From: a virus
Reading direction: 5' to 3' (one strand)
Virus record (IMG/VR): IMGVR_UViG_3300037258_000147
Location: 40,681 to 104,680 of that record
Length of the DNA stretch: 64,000 nt
Part shown: positions 10,041 through 16,909 of the stretch, in pieces
Layout of the letters: each line of letters opens with the position of its first letter
Position numbering within the stretch: the stretch's first letter is position 1
Notes under the pieces: model-generated
Databases searched by the model: none
Told to the model about the DNA's origin: nothing
The model's input: only the letters and a program-made list of their open reading frames with translations
Made by a program: the position numbers and the translations under genes

Positions 10041-10130
10041 TACAGCGGGCCAATGCAATCCAGAACTCGTCAGTTCTTCGTGCCCCTAAGTCGTTAGACA
10101 TGGACCATTGAATTATGCGCCCCCGCTGTA
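10041..10130 (-). ncRNA. Orphan structured RNA
   Basis: 9-bp closing stem TACAGCGGG/CCCGCTGTA with internal hairpins, between tRNAs. Confidence 0.45.
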
Positions 10131-10133
10131 ACT

Positions 10134-10209
10134 TGGAACCGCTGGCCAGACTCGAACTGGCATCTCCTCTTACTCTGTCTCGTTTAGGAAACGAGTGAGA
10201 TACAGCGGC
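10134..10209 (-). tRNA. D-armless tRNA-like gene, anticodon CCT (Arg)
   Basis: GCCGCTG-TATCTCA-CTCGT-TTCCTAA-ACGAG-17 nt-GCCAG-TTCGAGT-CTGGC-CAGCGGT-TCCA. Confidence 0.7.
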
Positions 10210-10213
10210 AAAA

Positions 10214-10289
10214 TGGAGGCCCCGGAGAGATTCAAACTCCCGACCAATCGGGTAGAAACCGATGACTCTGTTCACTGAGTTACGAGGCC
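10214..10289 (-). tRNA. tRNA-Arg(TCT)
   Basis: ATCGG-TTTCTAC-CCGAT arm, cloverleaf, CCA. Confidence 0.85.
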
Positions 10290-10293
10290 GAAA

Positions 10294-10806
10294 TTAATAA
10301 GTTCTAAGAAGTCTAATGATTTGGGCAGAGTCGGCGAACTTTATCCATTCCCCTTCAGCTAGGTGAACATCAAATCTTTCTAGTAGCCCCTTTTCTGCGG
10401 AGCGTCTATCCAAACAAAACTCGTAGTTCTTGATGTAAAAAGCCTTATGCGGATCGTAGGTTTGATACGAAGCAAGCCTATCCTCAGTGTCAACCGTCAT
10501 TCCAATCTTCAAATAATCTGGCCATGTCGGGTTGGCAATGATGTAGACTTGGCCTTCTTTGCAATCTTTCGGCTTGCATCCTCTGGAGAATTTCAATTTT
10601 AGTAAATTTAAGCCGTGTATCTTCCTAGCCAAATTATAATCAAATTTTTTATTTCCTCCGATGCTCAAAGTTCCGTAAACTTTAACAGACTCAGATATCA
10701 TCTCTTCTGTTATATCAAAAGCAGAATATGGAGGTATTATACCGCGTTCGGACAGAATTTCTATCGTCTTTAGGCTTTTTTCACTAGGATTGCTCAAAGG
10801 ACTCAT
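10294..10806 (-). CDS. T5orf172/GIY-YIG-like endonuclease
   Basis: GQVYIIANP..YLKIGMT...RL..YQT...GEW motifs. Confidence 0.8.
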   Translation of the reverse strand: MSPLSNPSEKSLKTIEILSERGIIPPYSAFDITEEMISESVKVYGTLSIGGNKKFDYNLARKIHGLNLLKLKFSRGCKPKDCKEGQVYIIANPTWPDYLKIGMTVDTEDRLASYQTYDPHKAFYIKNYEFCLDRRSAEKGLLERFDVHLAEGEWIKFADSAQIIRLLRTY

Positions 10807-10835
10807 CCCTTTTCTAAAGTTAAACCAACTAGAAT

Positions 10836-10909
10836 TGGTACCTCGCTAGAGAATCGAACTCTATCCAACCGGGGTAAAAACCCGATATGCACCATCACAC
10901 TCACGAGGC
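10836..10909 (-). tRNA. tRNA-Lys(TTT)
   Basis: TCGGG-TTTTTAC-CCCGG arm, CCA. Confidence 0.75.
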
Positions 10910-10949
10910 GTCTTTTATCACTCTCGGATTTTGGTGTCATAACTGCTTC

Positions 10950-11174
10950 TCAGCCAACTAGGTAGTCCGTGGTTTTTAATCCCTGTTCGATACGGAACGC
11001 TTCATTCCGTTTCCACGTCTTGCTTATCGACCAACCTAATAGCCTAATCAAACAATATTGAAATTTTGAACCGGAGAAAGCTGTACCATCGTTTGTCCCA
11101 AACAAAATTACATGGGCCGGATCAGCCACAGACCCTCTCCAAAATATTCTTGCCTGCGTTGGTCCTGTGTACAT
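10950..11174 (-). CDS. Hypothetical protein within tRNA array
   Basis: 74 aa, TAGGAG RBS. Confidence 0.55.
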   Translation of the reverse strand: MYTGPTQARIFWRGSVADPAHVILFGTNDGTAFSGSKFQYCLIRLLGWSISKTWKRNEAFRIEQGLKTTDYLVG

Positions 11175-11192
11175 TTTTAACTACTCCTAAAA

Positions 11193-11267
11193 TGGTGGGT
11201 TGCCAGATAATCGAAATCTGTTCTTCCGGGTAAGAACCGGATGCTTCGCCAGCAAAGCTTGCAACCC
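11193..11267 (-). tRNA. tRNA-Lys(CTT)
   Basis: TCCGG-TTCTTAC-CCGGA arm, CCA. Confidence 0.85.
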
Positions 11268-11273
11268 GTTAAC

Positions 11274-11714
11274 TTACGGTATTGTGGTTACGGTAACAGT
11301 AACTGTTGTAGTAGTTCCACTTGGGGTAGAAGGAACGCCTGGAGTTCCGGGGACTACTACGAAAGCTGGAGCAGAAGAACCGCTTACTGCCGATGCTTGT
11401 TGAGTTTGAACTACGTAACAATAACTCGTTCCTGATGTTACGGATGAATCGACATATGCGGTTGCCTGCGGAGCAGAAACCCCAACTGAAGAATAAGACG
11501 ACGCAGTTAGTGGGCAAGTTGTTCCGGTAACTGGGGTTTTAGAAACCAGAAAAGTACAAGGTGCCGAAGTGCTGCATCCGGACCAACCAGGGGAAGCAGC
11601 AGGAACTGTCCAACTCAAATTAACCTGAAAAGAAGTCTGAGTTATCTGAGACTCGGCAGAACTTCCAAACACCAGCAGTCCAGCAAAAACCACAAACAGG
11701 AATATCTTCTTCAC
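11274..11714 (-). CDS. Secreted fibronectin-III-like protein
   Basis: GTG start KKIFLFVVFAGLLVFGSSAESQ signal peptide; VNLSWT...YVDSSV.SG.SYCYVVQ FN3 pattern. Confidence 0.75.
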   Translation of the reverse strand: MKKIFLFVVFAGLLVFGSSAESQITQTSFQVNLSWTVPAASPGWSGCSTSAPCTFLVSKTPVTGTTCPLTASSYSSVGVSAPQATAYVDSSVTSGTSYCYVVQTQQASAVSGSSAPAFVVVPGTPGVPSTPSGTTTTVTVTVTTIP

Positions 11715-11757
11715 GTGTTTTAGCCTTTCATGTCGTTCAAAATTCTTGAATATCGAA

Positions 11758-11849
11758 TGGTGGGCGACGAGGGAATCGAACCCGTCTGGCATCTCTCATC
11801 TAGAGACTACAGGGTTTATAAGGCCCCGCCCCGTCCTACGGCATCGCCC
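11758..11849 (-). tRNA. Atypical long-variable-arm tRNA, anticodon TAT (Ile/AUA)
   Basis: GGGCGAT acceptor, tiny CCGT-AGG-ACGG D hairpin, CTTATAA loop, ~23-nt variable arm, bulged T-stem, ACCA. Confidence 0.65.
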
Positions 11850-11870
11850 AAACTTGTCCATTTAATGGAC

Positions 11871-11941
11871 TGGTCCCGAAGCGTGGAATCAAACCACTCA
11901 CCTGGTCTTATGAGAACCAGTGCTGAATCATCAGCCTCGGG
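11871..11941 (-). tRNA. Short atypical tRNA, anticodon CAT (Met/Ile2)
   Basis: 71 nt, reduced D-arm, CTGGTT-CTCATAA-GACCAG, CCA. Confidence 0.65.
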
Positions 11942-11948
11942 TAAAACA

Positions 11949-12022
11949 TGGCAGGAGATGAAGGATTTGAACCCTCGAATCCCGGGTTGGAGCCGGGCGG
12001 TTTCCGTTAAGCCTAATCTCCC
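11949..12022 (-). tRNA. tRNA-Trp(CCA)
   Basis: CCCGG-CTCCAAC-CCGGG arm, GCCA end. Confidence 0.85.
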
Positions 12023-12441
12023 AAAAGATACTCGGATGCATTTTTTAGTAGAGAAGGATCGTCCTTAAAATGACCAATCCCTAGATTGCAACTCCTGCAC
12101 AACAATCCTCTTACTTTTCCCGTAAGATGATCGTGATCAACATGCAAAGGTTTGTCGTCTTTCTTACCACAAATCTTACAAATCCCATTCTGCTGCGAAA
12201 ATAAGAATAGGTATTCCGCTCCCGTCATCCCATATCTATTTGCTATTTTATAGCTAGGATGTGCTTTGTTCCATTTGTTTGCTTTAGAAATATATTTTTC
12301 TATGTTTCTGAGATAATGTTCTCTACGATAGTCGGCCTGGCAATCTCGGCATTGTTTATGCCTTATCCCTCTCGCTTCATCTCTAAAAGCAAAATCTTGT
12401 TCTTCGTCTTTAGAAGTATGACATTTAGAACAAATACTCAT
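12013..12441 (-). CDS. Endonuclease VII-family (His-Me) homing-type endonuclease
   Basis: YGMT..EY...QNGICKIC...LHVDHDH.TGKVRGLLCRSCNLGIG. Confidence 0.9.
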   Translation of the reverse strand: MSICSKCHTSKDEEQDFAFRDEARGIRHKQCRDCQADYRREHYLRNIEKYISKANKWNKAHPSYKIANRYGMTGAEYLFLFSQQNGICKICGKKDDKPLHVDHDHLTGKVRGLLCRSCNLGIGHFKDDPSLLKNASEYLLGD

Positions 12442-12456
12442 TTTATTATCAAGAAG

Positions 12457-12533
12457 TGGTAGCCCTAGTAGGATTCGAACCTACACTATGACTCGTTCGT
12501 AGCGAGTATGACTTTCCAGTTGCCGATAGGGCC
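12457..12533 (-). tRNA. tRNA-Arg(ACG)
   Basis: ACTCG-CTACGAA-CGAGT arm, CCA. Confidence 0.85.
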
Positions 12534-12541
12534 GTAAAACT

Positions 12542-12615
12542 TGGTCTCCGAGCGGGGATTCAAACCCCGGACGCCGCGCCCCAAACGCGGAATGTTTTCA
12601 CTACACTACTCAGAG
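12542..12615 (-). tRNA. tRNA-Pro(TGG)
   Basis: CCGCG-TTTGGGG-CGCGG arm, CCA. Confidence 0.85.
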
Positions 12616-12620
12616 ATAAA

Positions 12621-12699
12621 TGGTGCGGGTGGCAGGATTTCAACCTGCGATCTCCTGTTCCCGAAACAGGCGCGTTAAGGCAAACTTCGCTACACCCAC
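12621..12699 (-). tRNA. tRNA-Pro(CGG)
   Basis: CCTGT-TTCGGGA-ACAGG arm, CCA. Confidence 0.8.
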
Positions 12700-12710
12700 T
12701 TAAACTTTTC

Positions 12711-12805
12711 GGCCACGATAAAACTCTGTTCCCCCGCTTCCGACTAGGTTCGAACCTTCTGGGCGTTGGGTGTCTTGTTTTATCTTCGCTCTTTCGAACT
12801 AGGCC
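12711..12805 (-). ncRNA. Orphan rod-like structured RNA
   Basis: GGCC ends, GATAAAAC/GTTTTATC stem, apical AGG-TTCGAA-CCT. Confidence 0.45.
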
Positions 12806-12814
12806 AAAACTTTA

Positions 12815-12889
12815 TGGTGGACTCGGGCGGACTTGAACCGCCATCGCGCAAGGCTTCAACATGCCGCTCTACATTGGAGCTACGAGTCC
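12815..12889 (-). tRNA. tRNA-Phe(GAA)
   Basis: GCATG-TTGAAGC-CTTGC arm, canonical D/T arms, CCA. Confidence 0.85.
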
Positions 12890-12898
12890 GAATTTTGA

Positions 12899-13007
12899 TA
12901 TACGACTTGAGGTCGCTGCGACTCCCGTAGGGGCCACTCTTTCTTGTGGTGTCAGCCAAAGCAACCCGATAGACATCTGACAATGCCCGTCAAATTACTC
13001 CCGTATA
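12899..13007 (-). ncRNA. Orphan structured RNA
   Basis: TATACG/CGTATA closing stem; TGTCAG/CTGACA and CCAC/GTGG internal stems. Confidence 0.4.
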
Positions 13008-13070
13008 AACTTGGTGGACCTGTTGTCATCCCTCCGCGCTTTCGCTACGCGGCCCTATGAGGGTTTACGA

Positions 13071-13146
13071 TGGTGGACCCGGAGGGATTGCAACCCTCAA
13101 AACTACATTGCAGGTGTAGTATGATCGCATGTTTCATCACGGGCCC
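13071..13146 (-). tRNA. tRNA-Ala(TGC)
   Basis: G3:U70 pair, CTACA-CCTGCAA-TGTAG arm, CCA. Confidence 0.85.
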
Positions 13147-13396
13147 GTTTAAATCCAGTATACATTCCATCTTTTGCTAGAAAATGTTCAAGATCGTGGC
13201 AATTAGGACACAAAATTTCCAAATTGGACGGATCATTATTTGCGTGACTACGATCCTTATGGTGAACCTTCAAAATTCCAACTTGTTCATCATATCCGCA
13301 TCGATTGCATTTCGAGGGATAGTTTCTTCTTGCAATTTCCCGATAAGTCCCCTCTGGGGGGGGGGGGGGCGACCACCGAAGCAAGATATCCACCAT
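13103..13396 (-). pseudogene. Truncated HNH endonuclease with a C14 run at its 5' end
   Basis: CNRCG...VHHKD....NN...NLEILCPNCH; G14 at 13356-13369 on +; 3' end runs into tRNA-Ala. Confidence 0.6.
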
Positions 13397-13471
13397 CTGT
13401 AGAACTTCTACGCTACAGAACGTTCGTCACTCCAGAGTTTAGCATCCTCTGACACTTTCAAAAAGTCCCGC

Positions 13472-13626
13472 TGGTCCTCACCAATACCCGAGTCGAACGG
13501 GAAAGCGGGTTTGTCGCAGCCTACCATTAGAAGACGGTCCAAAGACCGGAGAGATTCGAACTCTCATTTACGACCCACATCAAGCCAGACATCCTATCCA
13601 CTAGACGACGCTCCGACTCGGGGACT
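13472..13626 (-). ncRNA. Degenerate/compound tRNA-like element (two D/T-like modules, ends ACCA)
   Basis: T-arms GAGAG-TTCGAAT-CTCTC and CCCG-TTCGACT-CGGG; D-like GTCTAGTGGATAGGAT and TTCTAATGGTAGG; no paired anticodon arm. Confidence 0.4.
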
Positions 13627-13699
13627 GTTTACTCGTGTTTGCATCCACGTCAGTCCTTGCTCAGAACGGGATGATTCGAACATCCGTCCTCTGGCACCT

Positions 13700-13775
13700 T
13701 GGAGGGAAGGGAGCGAGTCGAACGCTCTAAAGACATGATCCACAATCATGCGCCGCACCGTTTGGCTTCCAACCC
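13700..13775 (-). tRNA. tRNA-His(GTG)
   Basis: CATGA-TTGTGGA-TCATG arm; two U-U mismatches in acceptor. Confidence 0.75.
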
Positions 13776-13994
13776 AATTTTTGTTGTCCATTTTATGGAC
13801 TAAATTTGAGGACCAGACCGTTGGACACCTCGTTGCTTATTGCGGTCGGCTTGATCTCTTTTATGCGGAAGCCGAGTGGTAATCTTCCGCAGAGCCAAAC
13901 TCACGGTGTAAATTTGTCGGTGCTCTCCCTGGTGTCACACCACTGGTTAGGCAAAAGGTATTAGCTCTGCTACCGGGCAAGGTGTCGCCCATTA

Positions 13995-14065
13995 TGGAGC
14001 CGATGTACGGAGTTCAACCGTCAGGAACTCTTTACAGGAGAGTGCCGCTTGCGAAGCACATCGGC
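13995..14065 (-). tRNA. Short tRNA-Thr(TGT) with reduced D-arm
   Basis: GCCGATG/CATCGGC acceptor, GCTT-CGC-AAGC D hairpin, ACTCT-CCTGTAA-AGAGT. Confidence 0.65.
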
Positions 14066-14149
14066 TAACTTTTCGGTGGTATCTTCCCTCAAACCCTGAT
14101 ACTAGGTCCCTCATCTGAGTCCTTGCAGACCCCAGCACCGATGAAATTC

Positions 14150-14308
14150 GAGTGATGACGAATCGGACTTGATACCGATTCCTACTTTCGCGGTTGCGCC
14201 GCTACCATGCCACTAGGGAATCTCTTAATGTACACTCAGTTCTACCCCGGTAGGAGAAGCCCTAACACCTTCAAAGCTGCACGTCCATCCGTGCGGATCG
14301 TCATCACC
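14150..14308 (-). ncRNA. ~160-nt tRNA-like RNA with expanded interior
   Basis: 9-bp GTGATGACG/CGTCATCAC stem, GCACG-GATGGA-CGTGC D-like arm, AATCGG-TATCAAGT-CCGATT T-like arm; begins just after a promoter. Confidence 0.6.
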
Positions 14309-14314
14309 AAATAC

Positions 14315-14343
14315 ATTGTCTCACAACTCTAAAAACTTGTCAA
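14315..14343 (-). promoter_or_regulatory. Sigma70-type promoter inside tRNA array
   Basis: TTGACA-N17-GACAAT. Confidence 0.65.
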
Positions 14344-14355
14344 CCTAAATTTTGT

Positions 14356-14664
14356 CTAAATCGTATCGTTTTGTTCTAAAGACTCTAACAGCCACAAATC
14401 TACAGACAGTTGGGTCCGATCTTCTTGGTACCCGATCTCCTGTCCATTTTCTGGAAGCAGTTTTTCCGCCAAGATTAGAGTTGGTTCTATTAAAGAATCT
14501 AACCAAGGGTAGTCTGTTCTGGCCCGATCAAGTTCGGCCATATCCGCTAAAATCAGATTGCCGCTGTCCATTTGTGAAAATATATCAGGAAGAGGCGGCG
14601 CTGGTTTTTGCGCTTTGTGGTGATGGAAGCCGAGGATCACATATAACAAACCTACTGAAATCAT
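14356..14664 (-). CDS. Hypothetical protein with N-terminal hydrophobic segment
   Basis: Probable start MISVGLLYVILGF at 14664, since the upstream in-frame part overlaps tRNA-Thr. Confidence 0.55.
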   Translation of the reverse strand: MISVGLLYVILGFHHHKAQKPAPPLPDIFSQMDSGNLILADMAELDRARTDYPWLDSLIEPTLILAEKLLPENGQEIGYQEDRTQLSVDLWLLESLEQNDTI

Positions 14665-14682
14665 AGCTTCCTTTTCAAAGAG

Positions 14683-14754
14683 AGGTCGAAGTCGGAACTG
14701 CCCCGACACCGTATCCATACCAGGGATACATTCTTCTAGTTAAACTATTCGACC
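14683..14754 (-). tRNA. tRNA-Thr(GGT), no encoded CCA
   Basis: GGTCGAA/TTCGACC acceptor, TATCC-CTGGTAT-GGATA arm. Confidence 0.75.
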
Positions 14755-14758
14755 AAAT

Positions 14759-14834
14759 TGGAGCACCTGACCGGAGTCGAACCGGTGACTTCCTCTTTAC
14801 GGGAGAGGCGCTGTGCCGTCTGAGCCACAGGTGC
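14759..14834 (-). tRNA. tRNA-Thr(CGT)
   Basis: CCTCT-CCCGTAA-AGAGG arm, CCA. Confidence 0.85.
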
Positions 14835-14836
14835 AG

Positions 14837-14891
14837 TAAGGTATCATAAAAGTGACCTTAAGTAGGTTAAGGTGTCATATATGACACCTTA
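14837..14891. repeat. Tandem pair of 24-bp palindromes
   Basis: TAAGGTATCATAAAAGTGACCTTA (14837) and perfect TAAGGTGTCATATATGACACCTTA (14868). Confidence 0.7.
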
Positions 14892-15047
14892 GTCCATTAT
14901 ATGGACTGAAATTTATGCCAACTCGGTGGACGAAAGTTCGAGGGGGGTGTCTAATCGTCTACCTCTGGTCGCGACTAGTTCTAGGCCGCTGGCTGGAGCT
15001 TCTTCGCCTTATCACAGACCCTTATCCGCAAAAAGGTTGAATAGAAA

Positions 15048-15122
15048 TGGAGCGGGCGACGGGTCTTGCCCCCGCAACCTTTGCATTGGCAACGCAATGT
15101 TCTGCAATTGAACTACGCCCGC
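15048..15122 (-). tRNA. tRNA-Gly(GCC)
   Basis: TTGCG-TTGCCAA-TGCAA arm, CCA. Confidence 0.85.
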
Positions 15123-15126
15123 GAAA

Positions 15127-15202
15127 TGGCAGGGAGTACAGGAATCGAACCTGTCTGGGTGGGTCCAAAGGCCACCGCCTGAAACCAATCGGCCAACTCC
15201 CT
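15127..15202 (-). tRNA. tRNA-Gln(TTG)
   Basis: CTTTGGA loop, GCCA end. Confidence 0.8.
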
Positions 15203-15210
15203 GTAAAACT

Positions 15211-15284
15211 TGGCACCCCGTCGTGGATTCGAACCACGATACTCTGCTTCAGAAACAGAAGTCCTGCCGTTGAACGAACGGGGT
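15211..15284 (-). tRNA. tRNA-Gln(CTG)
   Basis: TCTGT-TTCTGAA-GCAGA arm, GCCA. Confidence 0.85.
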
Positions 15285-15289
15285 AAATT

Positions 15290-15364
15290 TGGCTCCTCCC
15301 CTCCGACTCGAACGGAGACCTTTTTGGTTAACTGCCAAAAGCAATGCCATTATGCTAGAGAGGA
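15290..15364 (-). tRNA. tRNA-Asn(GTT)
   Basis: TCCTCTC acceptor, TTTGG-CAGTTAA-CCAAA arm (A33). Confidence 0.8.
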
Positions 15365-15370
15365 ATAAAA

Positions 15371-15889
15371 TCAAAAAGTGCGAAGAGTTCTGATGATTTC
15401 CAGGGAATTAGAATGCTTAATCCATTCTCCCTCTTCGAGGTGAAAACCAAAATCATCCAACAACTTCTTTTCTGCTTCTCTTCTATCAAGAACGAATTCG
15501 TAATTCTTGATGTAAAAAGCCTTGAAAGGATCATACGTCTGATACGAATCCAGTCTCGCTTCCGAATCTACAGACATGCCTATCTTGATGTGATCCGGCC
15601 AGGCTGGGTTACCGATCAAGTAGATTTGTCCTTCTTTACAATCCTTCGGTTTGGCTCCTCGATGAAACTTCAATCTTAAGAGTTCTAGGCCCGCTAATTT
15701 TCTGGCGTACCTATATTGGAATTTTCCATTACTTTTCGGGGCAAGACTACCATAGATTCGGATGTACTCGGAAAGCATTTCTTCTGTAATATCGAAGGTT
15801 GTGTACGGAGGGACAATATCTGCATCCGAGAGAAGTCTTACAGTTTCTGCAATTCTTTCTGTTCTTCCTATTTCTTTAGGGTTGCTCAA
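15371..15889 (-). CDS. T5orf172/GIY-YIG-like endonuclease, paralog of 10294..10806
   Basis: Shared PPY..FDITEEM.SE, KPKDCKEGQ.Y, YQTYDP.KAFYIKNYEF, EGEWIK. Confidence 0.8.
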   Translation of the reverse strand: MSNPKEIGRTERIAETVRLLSDADIVPPYTTFDITEEMLSEYIRIYGSLAPKSNGKFQYRYARKLAGLELLRLKFHRGAKPKDCKEGQIYLIGNPAWPDHIKIGMSVDSEARLDSYQTYDPFKAFYIKNYEFVLDRREAEKKLLDDFGFHLEEGEWIKHSNSLEIIRTLRTF

Positions 15890-15912
15890 CGGCTCTCCCC
15901 TTTTGAATTTTA

Positions 15913-15989
15913 TGGTAGGGATGGTGAGGCTCTAACTCACTAGGACGTGGGTGAAGGCCACGGCACTCGAACACTTTGTATTCATCCCC
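15913..15989 (-). tRNA. tRNA-Glu(TTC)
   Basis: CGTGG-CCTTCAC-CCACG arm; atypical D and T loops. Confidence 0.7.
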
Positions 15990-15997
15990 ATAAATTT

Positions 15998-16126
15998 GTG
16001 CGACTTACTCGGTGATCGAGTCGAACGATCCCCCGCTACTTTTGCATTCACGGGTGACAACCAGGGTTCCGTCCTCAGCATCAGATTTGCTGTCTTCCGC
16101 CTTGTAGTCCTAATGGACAGCCGCAC
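15998..16126 (-). ncRNA. ~130-nt RNA with tRNA-type T-arm (tRNA mimic/Y-RNA-like candidate)
   Basis: GTGCGGC/GTCGCAC closing stem, GATCG-TTCGACT-CGATC T-arm, several hairpins, no CCA. Confidence 0.5.
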
Positions 16127-16142
16127 AAACTATTTTAAAACT

Positions 16143-16823
16143 TTAAAACGCTACATCACTCCAGGTCAGTTGAATATTTTTGTACAAAGTATTCAATCCT
16201 CCAGGTACTAAAGTTTCTGTTTGCAACTGAATAGCCGCGACTGAAGACCAGTTTGAGGTTTGACTAGGTAGTTCTTGCAAATTACTCGGGACTGAAAATT
16301 CTGTGGCTCCCCAAGTAGTAGACAGCATACTGAACTTGTTGTTCGGTACGTCTATGAAATATCTGAAACTTATTGGCGTCCAAGTGTCAGGAGCCAGAGT
16401 TGGTTTAAACCCAGTGTCTATCCAGCCCGGAGGGGATGTGTCGATCTGCCAGCTTCCGGTAGACAAATTCAACTGTGAACTAAAGTTGAAGACATTAGGA
16501 ATCTGTGTACTTGCGTTGGGGGCTGATTGCGAAACTACTTTTACGTCAATCTCCAGCCGTCCCAAAACAGGAAGATCAAAAGACGAAACGTAAACTTGTA
16601 AATCCAATCCCAGATATGGTAAAAAAATTCCGGGGATACTAGGGACCGGGCGCTTATTGGTTACTAACGCCCCACCAAAAGCTGAGGTACTTACGTTGGT
16701 TACCTTCAGAGCCCCAGACGGAAGTAACGTCGGGATAAAAGCTGAAGAAGGAATAGGATTTACGCTTGCTCCGGTTTGTACTACCCACGTGCCTTTTTCC
16801 AGTCCATCATCAATTACCCGCAT
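16143..16823 (-). CDS. Hypothetical beta-sandwich (lectin-like) protein
   Basis: 226 aa, TAGGAG RBS, beta-rich composition. Confidence 0.65.
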   Translation of the reverse strand: MRVIDDGLEKGTWVVQTGASVNPIPSSAFIPTLLPSGALKVTNVSTSAFGGALVTNKRPVPSIPGIFLPYLGLDLQVYVSSFDLPVLGRLEIDVKVVSQSAPNASTQIPNVFNFSSQLNLSTGSWQIDTSPPGWIDTGFKPTLAPDTWTPISFRYFIDVPNNKFSMLSTTWGATEFSVPSNLQELPSQTSNWSSVAAIQLQTETLVPGGLNTLYKNIQLTWSDVAF

Positions 16824-16834
16824 TAGTCTCCTAT

Positions 16835-16909
16835 TGGTAGCCTACCAGAGAATCAAACTCTGTTCTCGATCTTGAGAAAATCGCATCCTAATCAGTAGAA
16901 GAGTAGGCC
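16835..16909 (-). tRNA. tRNA-Glu(CTC)
   Basis: CGATT-TTCTCAA-GATCG arm, CCA. Confidence 0.8.

Noticed and set aside
10041-10130. Hammerhead ribozyme (CTGACGA present on the minus strand)
   Set aside because: CTGACGA lies in a simple hairpin loop, and no GAAA/UH core is positioned correctly
10836-10909. Ochre suppressor (TTA) reading of this tRNA, or genome recoding
   Set aside because: The best 5-bp stem gives loop TTTTTAC, anticodon TTT; ORFs are dense under the standard code and no CTA/TCA tRNA was seen
14150-14308. tRNA-Sec or tmRNA
   Set aside because: No TCA anticodon arm, no CCA end, no G3:U70 or tag ORF, and too short for tmRNA
16107-16118. GTCCTAATGGAC as a motif copy
   Set aside because: The spacer is 4 nt, not 7; not counted
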